DNA from: Eledone cirrhosa
Taxonomy: Eukaryota
NCBI GenBank assembly: GCA_964016885.1
Contig: OZ024740.1
Coordinates: forward strand, 351,292,001 to 351,356,000
Length of the DNA: 64,000 nucleotides
Reading direction: 5' to 3'
Under the pieces are notes generated by a model, which saw only the letters and a list, made by a program, of their open reading frames with translations, searched no databases and had not been told where the DNA came from. A program made the translations under genes and the position numbers. Numbering within the stretch: the stretch's first letter is position 1; each line of letters starts with the position of its first letter. Positions 45,001 to 56,100 of the stretch are shown here, piece by piece.

Positions 45001-46633
45001 TCATCTACCACTAAATTTAGGATGTCAACCGAATCTTGTCCTAGCCCGTCAGCATTCATCTCCTCAGTGGCCGTATCTCTGTTCCAGGTATTATTTATCT
45101 CAGTATTCAGATCATTGTCTGCTTCGGGTGGTTCCTCCGTTCTCAGGACCTCCTCACCTTCATTTCCCGCCGGCTCGCTTGTCTGGCATACTACACCCGC
45201 CATCTCCAAGCCATTCTCTCTGCTCAGTTCCTCCAGTTCCAGCTCGCTTATCCACCCATTAGTTCTTATTACCCGAGCCTGCCCGGCCAATTTTTGTTCA
45301 TCTAATTTAAATAAACCAATCTCGTTCCAGATGTTATGCATCCGTCTCCTGTAGCCCCTCTCCTTGGGGTTACTTTTCAGGTAGCATTGCATAACAGTTC
45401 TATTCAATTCTTTCGTCCAGTTGGTTCTGGCCCCTTTCCTTCTTCTTCTTCCTCCAACATCAGCAGTATTTGGTTGACAGTCAGGTTCCTGCTGCTGAGC
45501 CAGGGGGCACCTGTTGGGTGAGAGTCTGTCACATGACGTTCTAGTCTCCATTTCACCGTTATTCGAACTGTTTATGTTCGATATTTAAACACTCTTATCG
45601 AGGATTGGCGAATGTATGTTTACATAGCCATCTGTGGATCCGCCATCCCACTTGACCCTTGTGTGGCATTATCACCACGCTGTATACGGACACACATAAA
45701 CAAACAAACACACGGGCAGAAAGGGCCCCAAAAATGAATAAGCATAAGTTTCATTGTAATGTAGTATTCGAATGTCTGACTTAGTTTTTGTTTTTTAAGT
45801 TTTACTTTTTCCCCCCTCTTCTCTGTCCGTCCGCCTGCTTCTCTCTTCATTCTTATTTTCTTTACGTTTTTGGGGTTTCTTTTTTTGTTTTTGTTTTTCT
45901 CTGTTTGTTTTTCTCGTTTTTTGCTGTTGTTGCTGTGCTGCTTTTGTTGTTTGTTTTTTCTTTTTTCTTTTGAGTCTATCTATATATTTTGATGCCTTCC
46001 TCTTTGTTAGTAGTAGGAATTCTATAATGTGGGAGTGGCAGCCAGCAGAGACTGGCGGCGTTGGCGATACTGAGACAGTGGTGGTGGTGATGTCGATACC
46101 GAGGCAGTGGTGGCGGTGATGCGACCGTATTACTGTAGTGATGGTGCTGTAGCGGTGGCAGCAGCAGTGAAGGAGTCAAGGGGTGGTGGCGGCGGTGATG
46201 GGATAGTGGTGGTAATGATGGCCGTAGTGAGCGGTGGCGGTGAAGGTGAAAATGCTGTTGTGTTTAGTGTACACAGATGATGGGGTGGGTGGTGTATCTA
46301 GTTTCTGGTGTTGGTGAGTTTCGCTGTCCTATATAGTGTAGCCAGAGGAGAGGAGGGGGGGCGGGTTCTTCTTCTTCCATTTATAGCCATTTTATTTTTT
46401 TTTTGGATATACAGTGTACAATACAAAGTTGAATATTTGAATATTTGAGCCGTATTACTGTAGTGATGGTGCTGTAGCGGTGGCAGCAGCAGTGAAGGAG
46501 TCAAGGGGTGGTGGCGGCGGTGATGGGATAGTGGTGGTAATGATGGCCGTAGTGAGCGGTGGCGGTGAAGGTGAAAATGCTGTTGTGTTTAGTGTACACA
46601 GATGATGGGGTGGGTGGTGTATCTAGTTTCTGG

Positions 46634-46635
<2 letters not shown>
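42079..46635 (-). mobile_element. R4/Dong-type family A, near full-length copy
   Basis: Short 3'UTR ending in (AAT)n, an intact ORF, and a ~0.9-kb 5'UTR plus a duplicated 5'UTR segment. Confidence 0.95.
42159..45551 (-). CDS. Intact 1130-aa non-LTR retrotransposon protein (RT, CCHC knuckle, restriction-like endonuclease)
   Basis: [52 protein letters not shown] and RPD..IVDVACP..EKINRY. Confidence 0.96.
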   Translation of the reverse strand: METRTSCDRLSPNRCPLAQQQEPDCQPNTADVGGRRRRKGARTNWTKELNRTVMQCYLKSNPKERGYRRRMHNIWNEIGLFKLDEQKLAGQARVIRTNGWISELELEELSRENGLEMAGVVCQTSEPAGNEGEEVLRTEEPPEADNDLNTEINNTWNRDTATEEMNADGLGQDSVDILNLVVDELNNDSGRPMNLRFVDRKKLKETTAKVNKVIPYLEARSLHQCNNILKATANTVRKLLGIKARGNNRQERAEPWWKKRLSGQIGEMRNDIGKLESLLNGTLKNIGTKNRLEIKYKTRSKKLNIIIEELKQRIVAKSAKIRRYENRVSQYKQNRMFDNNQKMLFGQLEGKERGSDMIPGAEQAKTFWRGIWEQDVRQNAQAGWIETVQREIGEQAQQQTDLSITVETLKGQAKKLTNWKSPGPDGVQGYWIKHLTSLHPKLTAMFNDCLVSGEVPEWLTKGTTVLIMKDRIKGNDVTNYRPITCLPVMWKLLTSIVSEEIYHHLHTNNLLPDEQIGCRKKSRGTKDQLLIDKMVMGNCRRRHTDLAMGWIDYRKAFDMVPHSWITKSLEIFRVADNIRQLLGRSMGSWETELTSTGVSLGSVKIKRGIFQGDSLSPLLFVLALIPLTIMLRKVRAGYKLGRGELIINHLLFMDDLKLFGKSEKELDVLVDTVRIFSSDICMQFGIGKCGVIVMRRGRLSRSNGIQIPTGEMIKEIDSEEGYKYLGVLEADGIKNKKMKELLRTEYIRRVRSVLKSHLNSRNAISAVNSRAVSIIRYSAGILRWNVAEQKEMDRKTRKLLTIYNMFHKRSDVDRLYLRRSEGGRGLISIEDCVQMEKNNLYKYVTYSKEPMLRAVLKEGTVGQGIPKEEITSRRKSSLKGKSLHSTFFEKTEFRDPQTWNWLRRGDLKKATEGMIMAAQEQALKTKWLKHHIYKEEASPLCRICGEREETVAHIVSECKHLAQTHYKGWRHDVMGRVIHWHLCKVNNLPHSEKWYEHRPEAVMENSQVKVLWDFRIQTDKKLEHNRPDLVVVDKEKRSCLIVDVACPFDTRVQEKEREKINRYQDLKWEVKRIWNCHEVKVIPIVIGALGTISKGFQGWLKKIGPFTLFGTLQKACLLGTARTLRYVLNI

Positions 46636-46670
<35 letters not shown>

Positions 46671-46676
46671 GTTATT

Positions 46677-48165
46677 GTTATTCCTTGAATCTCAGTCATT
46701 GATGTTGGTTAACTGGAAAGTCCGTTGGATTGAATATCAAGCCACTACCTGCAGCCTCAGATATTCAGGACGTATCGGAGGGTTCTTGCCGTTCCAAGCA
46801 AGCATGCCTTTTGAAGCGTTCCAAAAAGCGTGAAGGGGCCGATTTTCTTTAACCATCCCTAGAAACCTTTGGAGATAGTCCCCAGTGCGCCTATGACAAT
46901 CGGGATCACTTTGACTTCATGGCAGTTCCAAATCCTTTTCACCTCCCACTTTAGGTCCTGGTATCGGTTAATTTTCTCCCTCTCCTTCTCTTGCACTCTC
47001 GTGTCGAACGGGCAGGCCACATCCACAATCAGGCACGATCTTTTTTCTTTGTCCACAACCACCAGGTCAGGTCTATTGTGTTCCAGTTTTTTGTCCGTCT
47101 GTATCCTAAAATCCCACAGCACCTTCACCTGACTGTTCTCCATCACCGCCTCTGGCCTATGCTCATACCATTTCTCAGAATGTGGTAGATTGTTTACTTT
47201 GCACAGGTGCCAGTGGATCACCCTGCCCATCACATCGTGTCTCCAGCCCTTATAGTGGGTCTGGGCTAGGTGTTTACACTCGGACACAATGTGAGCCACA
47301 GTCTCCTCTCTCTCTCCACAGATCCTGCACAGTGGGCTAGCCTCCTCCTTGTAGATATGGTGCTTCAACCACTTCGTTTTGAGGGCCTGCTCCTGCGCAG
47401 CCATTATCATTCCTTCTGTAGCCTTTTTGAGGTCTCCTCTTCTCAACCAGTTCCATGTCTGTGGATCTCTAAATTCAGTTTTCTCAAAGAAGGTACTATG
47501 AAGGGATTTTCCCTTAAGGCTGCTCTTCCTCCTTGATGTTATTTCCTCCTTGGGTATCCCCTGGCCTACTGTCCCCTCCTTCAGTACAGCTCTGAGCATT
47601 GGCTCCTTACTATAGGTCACGTATTTGTATAGGTTGTTTTTCTCCATCTGAACACAGTCCTCTATGCTGATAAGACCTCTTCCACCCTCAGATCTCCTTA
47701 GGTAGAGTCTATCGACATCACTCCTCTTGTGGAACATGTTGTAGATAGTCAATAGCTTCCTAGTCTTCCTATCCATTTCTTTTTGTTCAGCAACATTCCA
47801 TCTCAGAATTCCCGCACTGTACCTAATAATAGACACAGCTCGGGAATTTACTGCGCTTATGGCATTTCTGCTGTTCAGATGTGACTTCAATACGCTCCTT
47901 ACTCTCCGAATGTATTCAGTTCTTAACAATTCCTTCATTTTTTTGTTCTTTATGCCATCAGCCTCCAGAACGCCCAAATACTTGTATCCTTCCTCAGAGT
48001 CAATTTCCTTTATCATCTCACCTGTTGGTATCTGGATCCCGTTACTTCTGCTCAACCTACCCCTCCTCATCACAATGACTCCACATTTACCAATACCAAA
48101 CTGCATACATATATCACTGCTGAAAATACGGACAGTGTCAACAAGCACATCCAACTCCTTCTCAC

Positions 48166-48167
<2 letters not shown>
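46677..48167 (-). mobile_element. Family A, 5'-truncated copy with a premature stop at 46859-46861
   Basis: Nearly identical to 42079-43570 and flanked by (TAA)n. Confidence 0.95.
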
Positions 48168-48240
<73 letters not shown>

Positions 48241-48242
<2 letters not shown>

Positions 48243-51200
48243 TGCATTTATCTTGCTTTATGTTCATACGAGTTATCACCAAGTCACAACCAGTGACCTC
48301 AAGAGACAACAAGGTCCGCCATGTTCAAGAAAGAACATACATATTCACACATGCATCCTTAGTGTTTAGACTTGTGATGTACTTATATTGACAGGATCTT
48401 CCTTAGTATATGGGCAGTTCCCATTAGTACTAACTTTTGTATTTCTCCTATACACGGGTTTCCTGGGATTTGCGATAAGTAGTCGTTAGACCCCTTAGGT
48501 ATCATTCCCAGAGCGCCTACAACCACTGGTATTGTTTTAGTTCTCAATTTCCACATTTTTCCAATTTCTATCTCCAGGTCCTTATACTTGCTCAATTTTT
48601 CAAATGTTTTTAGAGATACATTCTTGTCTATTGGAACAGACATATCAATTAGCAGGCATACCCTCCTTTGAAAGTCCTTCAATATTATATCAGGTCTATT
48701 TGCATCTATTTTTCGGTCTGTTTGGATGCTAAAGTTCCACAAGATTGAGATGTGATCTTTTTCAAGTATGTGAGGTGGTTGATGCTCCCACCAATTCTTT
48801 TGATGGAACAGGTCAAAATGCTTACACATTATCCAATGTATGTATTGTGCAGCTCTGTCATGCCTGTTTAGGTATTCGGTTGGAGCTATAGGACTGCACA
48901 TTGAAATTATATGGTCAATGGTCTCTGGTTGTTTTTTGCATACACGGCATAATGGGCTGCACCCATTTTTTATTATATTGGCTTGGTAATTTTTTGTTGG
49001 CAGACACTGATCTTGTGCCGATATAATCAGTCCTTCAGTCTCCGATTTCAGTCCAGAGGATGCCAACCACTGATGGGTTAAAGTTTTGTCAACATCAGGA
49101 TTGTTAGCTCGCTCTGGGTATTTTCCATACAGAGGCTTTTCTTGCCATTTCTTAGCCAGTTTCTGTAGCAGTTCTTTCTTTGCAGTTACTTTTACCTGCT
49201 TTGCTTTTTCTGTGTTTTCCATTTCAGCAGTAAATGAGACTTCTGAAATTTGTAGTCCATTACTGTATCTTTGTGCATCTTTTGTAATGGAATATGATCT
49301 TTTGGTGCTTTCGTGTTTCAAAACGAGTTTGATCATCCAATCATGTGATTCCCTTAGATATGTGGATAATCTAATTGTTGCAGTTTTCAACGCAATGTCT
49401 AACTGGATTAACCCACGCCCTCCTTCTTTCCTAGGGAGATATATTCTATCTGTATCTGCCTTAGGGTGATGCATTCTGTGCATGGTTAAGAATTTTCGAA
49501 TTTTTGTATCGAGCCTACGGATCTCTGTGCTTGACCAGTTGATGACATTGTAACTGTAGGTTACTACTGGTATGGCAAGCGTGTTTATGGCATCGATCCT
49601 ATTCCTTGCATTCAATTCCGTTCTTAAGATTGCTCTGACTCTGCGGTAACATTCCTTCCTTATCCTTTCCCTCATTGTCGTGTGCTTGATTCCGTCTCCT
49701 TCACAAACACCCAGATATTTGTAAGTTTTTTCTTGATCAAGCTCTCTTATCACGTTCCCCCGATCAAGATTAATGTCTGAAATCTTCAGCAGCTTTCCTC
49801 TGGTGAACGTTGCTTTGGCGCATTTATCCAGTCCAAACTCCATTTTAATGTCATCACTGAACTGCTTCACAGTGGATAATAGCCCTTGCAATTGTTCATC
49901 ATTTTTTGCAAATAGTTTCAGGTCATCCATGTAGAACATGTGATTAATGGTTTTGTCATAGACTCTATATCCATGTTTTGTTTCATTGAGCATTTTACTT
50001 AATGGTATAAGTGCGATGCAGAATAAAAGCGGTGATAAAGAGTCACCCTGAAACATTCCACAATTAATATTAACTTCTCCAGCATCCAGTGATTTTGTTT
50101 CACTATTCAAAAGGAGTGTCGTTCTCCATGTCTTCATACTGAATGACAAAAACCTCCTGACAACGGGGGATATTTTGAAAATCTCTAAACATTTTTCAAT
50201 CCAACTGTGTGGCAAACTATCGAATGCTTTTTTATAATCTATCCAAGCAATCGATAGATTTTTGTGTCTATTATGACAATCTTCCAGTATCATTTTGTTA
50301 ACCAGAAGCTGATCCTTACAGCCATATGAGCCTCGTTTACACCCTTTCTGCTCAATGGGAAATAGGTCATTTGTTATCAGGTGGTCATGTGTATTCAGTT
50401 AGGACTGATGTTAAAATTTTATACATTGTGGTCAAGCAGGTTATCGGTCTGTAATTTTTGGGATTGTTTGTCTCATCATTCTTCGGTAGCAGGAATGTAA
50501 TGCCGTTAACTAGCCATGATGGTATCTTTTCTGGCTCCTTAACTATTTCATTGTAAAGTTGGGCTAACAGCTCATGAGACTCTGTGAAGGCATTTATCCA
50601 AAAGTTTGGTATTTTGTCTTTTCCTGGGGATTTCCATTTGCTGGTTTTTCTTAGAGCCAAGCGCAACTGTTCAACTGTTATATTTTCCCATGTTTGTTCT
50701 TCAAGGTGAGCTGTTTCTTTCATTTGTCTGTCTATCCATGGGGCATGTATGTTATGAACTTTTTCTTCGGCCCAGATCTTTTCCCAGAATTCTTGCACTT
50801 CCTCCTTGGGTGGTATTGATTTAGCAGTTATTGTTGACTTACCAATTTTTCTGTAGAAGTTTCTTTGGTTGTTTTTGAACATATTATTGTCCTTATAGAA
50901 TCTAGATCGTTTTTCAAAGCGCCTTATACGAGCAGCTTAGGCCGACACTTTTTGCTTGATTGTTTCTATCAGCATGTCTATGTCACATGTTGATCTTATA
51001 CTGTACTTTTTTTTTCAATTTTCTAAGTTTAGTTTGTTTAACATGTTCACCTACTTTATAGTTTGTTAAAATTTCTATGTCAGATCGGAGAAGGTTTATT
51101 TGGCGATTGATGTTATCTTGCCAAGTAGATTTCTTGTGGGAATTCCTTTGTTTTTTCATCTTCACTCCACATAAGTGAGTGGTGACTTTAGCCGATGCAT

Positions 51201-52920
51201 AATAGAGATGATTTAAGTCAGTAATGTTTAGTTTGTTTGTGATGATAATGTTTTTGAGAATTATGTTAGTCTTGTGTATTATCTTTTGGTTCTGTTTGGA
51301 GTTCTGGATCTTAGGGAGGGTGTCTCGTTGCCCCATGTCAGATTCTTTCATTTTCATCCATTCAATCATAATTTCATCCTTCAAGTTGGCAAGTTCATTC
51401 TCATTCATTTCTTTATCATTTACGATCTCATTATTTTCATTTGGAGTTTCATCCTGAGCATGCACTCCCTCCACTTTTTCGATCCTTTCTTTAATTTGTT
51501 CTGTTGCCAGTGATTCCGCCCCAACCCTGGGATTCGAAGTGTTACAGTTTACCTCGTTTTCACTGACACATGCTTCATTTTCCCTTCGCTGACTTTGTGC
51601 TACTAACTTGATCTGATCAATTTCTATATCAGTTAGTAACTTTTTTCTTACAATATTTCTTCGTATATTGGCTAGTTTGTTACTGTCAATATAGCCTCTG
51701 TTTTCGGGATGTTTCTTTTTCCAGTTGATATATGTTTGTTCTGTATTCGATGTATTTGATGGGTAGTACATGGCAGTGTAGAAAGCCTCAAGGACTTCTT
51801 TATTATCTTCCCTTGACCATTTTTCTCTCTTTTTCTTTGGATTTCTTGGTGGTGATAATGGAGGGCCAACAGTAGGAGTATTCCGGTTATGGGAGGTCTC
51901 CAGCTCCGAAGTGATGGGAAGGTTTGAACCATTAGCTGATTTTTCGACCCCAGTCTGGTTCCTCTCTGAGGGACGCGGCCCTTTTTTACCCGGGTGACGG
52001 CCGATCCGGTATGAGATTTTATCATTAGACATTTACTTTATTTTGTCGCGTTTTATCCTTATCCGCCAAGGGGTAATCATTTCGTGTTACCACTTCTAGA
52101 ACGAGTGTCAACCAAGACTAGAGGGGTCGTTCTCCCCTAGAGACATGGCTATTCCCCGCCGGCCGCCATCCCGGTATTTCTTGGTCACGGGGTTTTCTTT
52201 TTGTTGTTTTTTTTTAAATTGTTATTATCATGAGTGGTTCCTTAATGTGAGCATTGCGTGGCTTAAGAATGAAATTATTAATAATTGTCTCCACTCCAGG
52301 CACAAGGCCAGCAATCACCCAGTGCATTACAATAATATAATATACTTTTTGTTGTAGTTGGCTGTTATTGTTGTTGGCTATGTCGGTGGTGGTGCCGGGG
52401 CTTTTTATATTGTTGGTGAGGAAGGGGTGAGCCAGCAGTCCCATAATTGTTGATGTAGACGTTTGGCCGGTGGCAAGGTCACCAAGTCAATCTATTTATA
52501 TCTTTTGCTAGCCTCTCTCTTGTCTAGTGATACCGCCACCTTCCCCTTTCTCTCTCAAGTTATCAGGGGAATAGAGTCGGTAGCATTGAATGAGTGGTGG
52601 CGGCGATGATGGATGCGGTGGGGTGGTGGCAGCGGTGGTGTTGTGGTTACTGATATAGTATCTATGAGTTTGTGTTCGTATGTTTAATATATATTTTTAT
52701 TATATTTTGTGTTGACATATTCCCGTAAAATTTGAATTAAACATTTTTTAAAATTTGAGACAATAATAATAGTAATTATTATTATGATGCTGGTGAAATT
52801 GCAGTTATCTGGCTGTTATATTTAGTGTGATGGGATAGGTAGTGTATCAAGTTTCTGGTGATGGTGAAATTGAAATTGCTGCTATTTGGCTGTTCTATAT
52901 AGTGTAGACAGAGGGTGTTT
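48241..52920 (-). mobile_element. R4/Dong-type family B, near full-length, ORF (48383-52032) disrupted
   Basis: Split ORFs contain [49 protein letters not shown] and RPD..LIDMSVP..KLSKY. The 3' end joins (AAT)n. Confidence 0.93.
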
Positions 52921-52937
52921 TGTTATTATTATTATTA

Positions 52938-53086
52938 GCCATGCTTTCCAGCATAGTTACGTCCCTTTACGATCTGAGTTCAAATCCCGCCGAGGTTGAC
53001 TTTGCCTTTCATCCTTACGGGGTCGATAAAATAAAGTACCAGTAATGCACTGGGTAATTGCTGGCCTTGTGCCTAAAGTAGAAACA
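52938..53086 (+). mobile_element. 5'-truncated SINE inside the retrotransposon array
   Basis: Matches the 7325/9850 family and has (ATT)n on both sides. Confidence 0.85.
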
Positions 53087-53110
53087 ATTATTATTATTAT
53101 TATTATTGTT

Positions 53111-56100
53111 GTTATTCCTTGAATCTCAGTCATTGATGTTGGTTAACTGGAAAGTCCGTTGGATTGAATATCAAGCCACTACCTGCAGCCTCAGATATTC
53201 AGGACGTATCGGAGGGTTCTTGCTGTTCCAAGCAAGCATGCCTTTTGAAGCGTTCCAAAAAGCGTGAAGGGGCCGATTTTCTTTAACCATCCCTGGAAAC
53301 TTTTGGAGATAGTCCCCAGTGCGCCTATGACAATCGGGATCACTTTGACTTCATGGCAGTTCCAAATCCGTTTCACCTCCCACTTTAGGTCCTGGTATCG
53401 GTTAATTTTCTCCCTCTCCTTCTCTTGCACTCTCGTGTCGAACGGGCAGGCCACATCCACAATCAGGCACGATCTTTTTTCTTTGTCCACAACCACCAGG
53501 TCAGGTCTATTGTGTTCCAGTTTTTTGTCCGTCTGTATCCTAAAATCCCACAGCACCTTCACCTGATTGTTCTCCATCACCGCCTCTGGCCTATGCTCAT
53601 ACCATTTCTCAGAATGTGGTAGATTGTTTACTTTGCACAGGTGCCAGTGGATCACCCTGCCCATCACATCGTATCTCCAGCCCTTATAGTGGGTCTGGGC
53701 TAGGTGTTTACACTCGGACACAATGTGAGCCACAGTCTCCTCTCTCTCTCCACAGATCCTGCACAGTAGGCTAGCCTCTTCCTTGTAGATATGGTGCTTC
53801 AACCACTTCGTTTTGAGGGCCTGCTCCTGCGCAGCCATTAGCATTCCTTCTGTAGCCTTTTTGAGGTCTCCTCTTCTCAACCAGTTCCATGTCTGTGGAT
53901 CTCTAAATTCAGTTTTCTCAAAGAAGGTACTATGAAGGGATTTTCCCTTAAGGCTGCTCTTCCTCCTTGATGTTATTTCCTCCTTGGACATCCCCTGGCC
54001 TACTGTCCCCTCCTTCAGTACAGTTCTGAGCATTGGCTCCTTACTATAGGTCACGTATTTGTATAGGTTGTTTTTCTCCATCTGAACACAGTCCTCTATG
54101 CTGATAAGACCTCTTCCACCCTCAGATCTCCTTAGGTAGAGTCTATCGACATCACTCCTCTTGTGGAACATGTTGTAGATAGTCAATAGCTTCCTAGTCT
54201 TCCTATCCATTTCTTTTTGTTCAGCAACATTCCATCTCAGAATTCCCGCACTGTACCTAATAATAGACACAGCTCGGGAATTTACTGCGCTTATGGCATT
54301 TCTGCTGTTCAGATGTGACTTCAATACGCTCCTTACTCTCCGAATGTATTCAGTTCTTAACAATTCCTTCATTTTTTTGTTCTTTATGCCATCAGCCTCC
54401 AGAACGCCCAAATACTTGTATCCTTCCTCAGAGTCAATTTCCTTTATCATCTCACCTGTTGGTATCTGGATCCCGTTACTTCTGCTCAACCTACCCCTCT
54501 TCATCACAATGACTCCACATTTACCAATACCAAACTGCATACATATATCACTGCTGAAAATACGGACAGTGTCAACAAGCACATCCAACTCCTTCTCACT
54601 TTTCCCGAAGAGCTTAAGATCGTCCATGAAGAGGAGGTGATTGATGGTAAGCTCTCCCCTTCCCAACTTGTATCCTGCTCTCACTTTTCGCAGCATAATG
54701 GTCAAGGGCATCAGGGCAAGGACAAACAACAGAGGGGACAGGCTATCTCCCTGGAAGATACCTCTCTTAATCTTCACGTTTCCCAAGGATACTCCAGTTG
54801 ATGTCAACTCTGTCTCCCAGGACCCCATACTCCTGCCTAGCAACTGTCTGATGTTATCTGCCACCCTGAAGATCTCCAGGCTTTTGGTGATCCAGGAATG
54901 AGGCACCATGTCAAATGCCTTTCTGTAGTCTATCCATCCCATGGCAAGATCAGTGTGTCTCCTCCTGCAATTCCCCATTACCATCTTATCAATAAGTAAC
55001 TGCTCCTTTGTACCACGTGACTTCTTTCGGCATCCTTTCTGTTCGTCCGGTAACAAGTTGTTTGTGTGGAGGTGATGGTAGATTTCCTCAGACACAATGC
55101 TCGTCAACAGTTTCCACATTACGGACAGACATGTGATAGGTCTATAGTTGGTAACATCATTACCCTTGATTCGGTCTTTCATTATCAGAACTGTGGTACC
55201 TTTTGTCAACCACTCTGGCACCTCACCCGACACCAAGCAGTCATTGAACATGGCCGTCAGCTTCGGGTGGAGGGATGTTAAATGTTTAATCCAATACCCC
55301 TGCACACCATCTGGGCCTGGTGATTTCCAGTTGGTTAGTTTTTTGGCCTGCCCCTTAAGAGTTTCAACTGTGATACTCAAATCAGTTTGTTGTTGTGCCT
55401 GCTCACCGATCTCCCTCTGTACTGTCTCAATCCACCCTGCCTGGGCATTGTGTCTAACATCCTGCTCCCATATTCCTCTCCAGAATGTTTTAGTTTGCTC
55501 CGCCCCAGGGATCAAGTCGTTGCCTCTTTCTTTCCCCTCAAGCTGTCCAAACAGCATCTTCTGGTTGTTGTCGAACATGCGGTTCTGTTTATACTGACTG
55601 ACTCTGTTCTCGTATCGCCTGATTTTTGCACTCTTTGCTACAATGCGTTGCTTCAGTTCCTCTATGATAATATTTAGCTTTTTCCTCCTAGTTTTGTATT
55701 TTATTTCCAGTCTATTTTTAGTGCCTATGTTTTTTAGTGTCCCATTCAGTAGTGACTCAAGCTTTCCTATGTCATTTCTCATTTCCCCGATTTGCCCACT
55801 CAGTCGCTTCTTCCACCACGGCTCTGCTCTTTCTTGTCTGTTGTTTCCTCTCGCTTTTATACCAAGTAGTTTCCTCACCGTATTTGCTGTTGCTTTGAGG
55901 ATATTGTTGCACTGGTGAAGGCTCCTCGCCTCAAGGTATGGGATGACTTTGTTTACCTTAGCTGTTGTTTCTTTTAACTTTTTCCTGTCTACAAATCTTA
56001 GGTTCATAGGTCTCCCACTATCATTGTTCAATTCATCTACCACTAAATTTAGGATGTCAACCGAATCTTGTCCTAGCCCGTCAGCATTCATCTCCTCAGT

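Noticed and set aside
42232-45521. Plus-strand ORFs recurring in each A/B copy
   Set aside because: They are antisense shadows of the RT ORF, repeated only because the copies are near-identical.
46859-48247. 462-aa ORF beginning MQIIIIII
   Set aside because: The poly-Ile is the (ATA)n junction read in frame into a 5'-truncated element.
52040-52195. HDV-like ribozyme in the family B leader
   Set aside because: Hairpins are present, but I could not assign the nested P1/P1.1/P2/P3/P4 topology. Reported only as a conserved motif.
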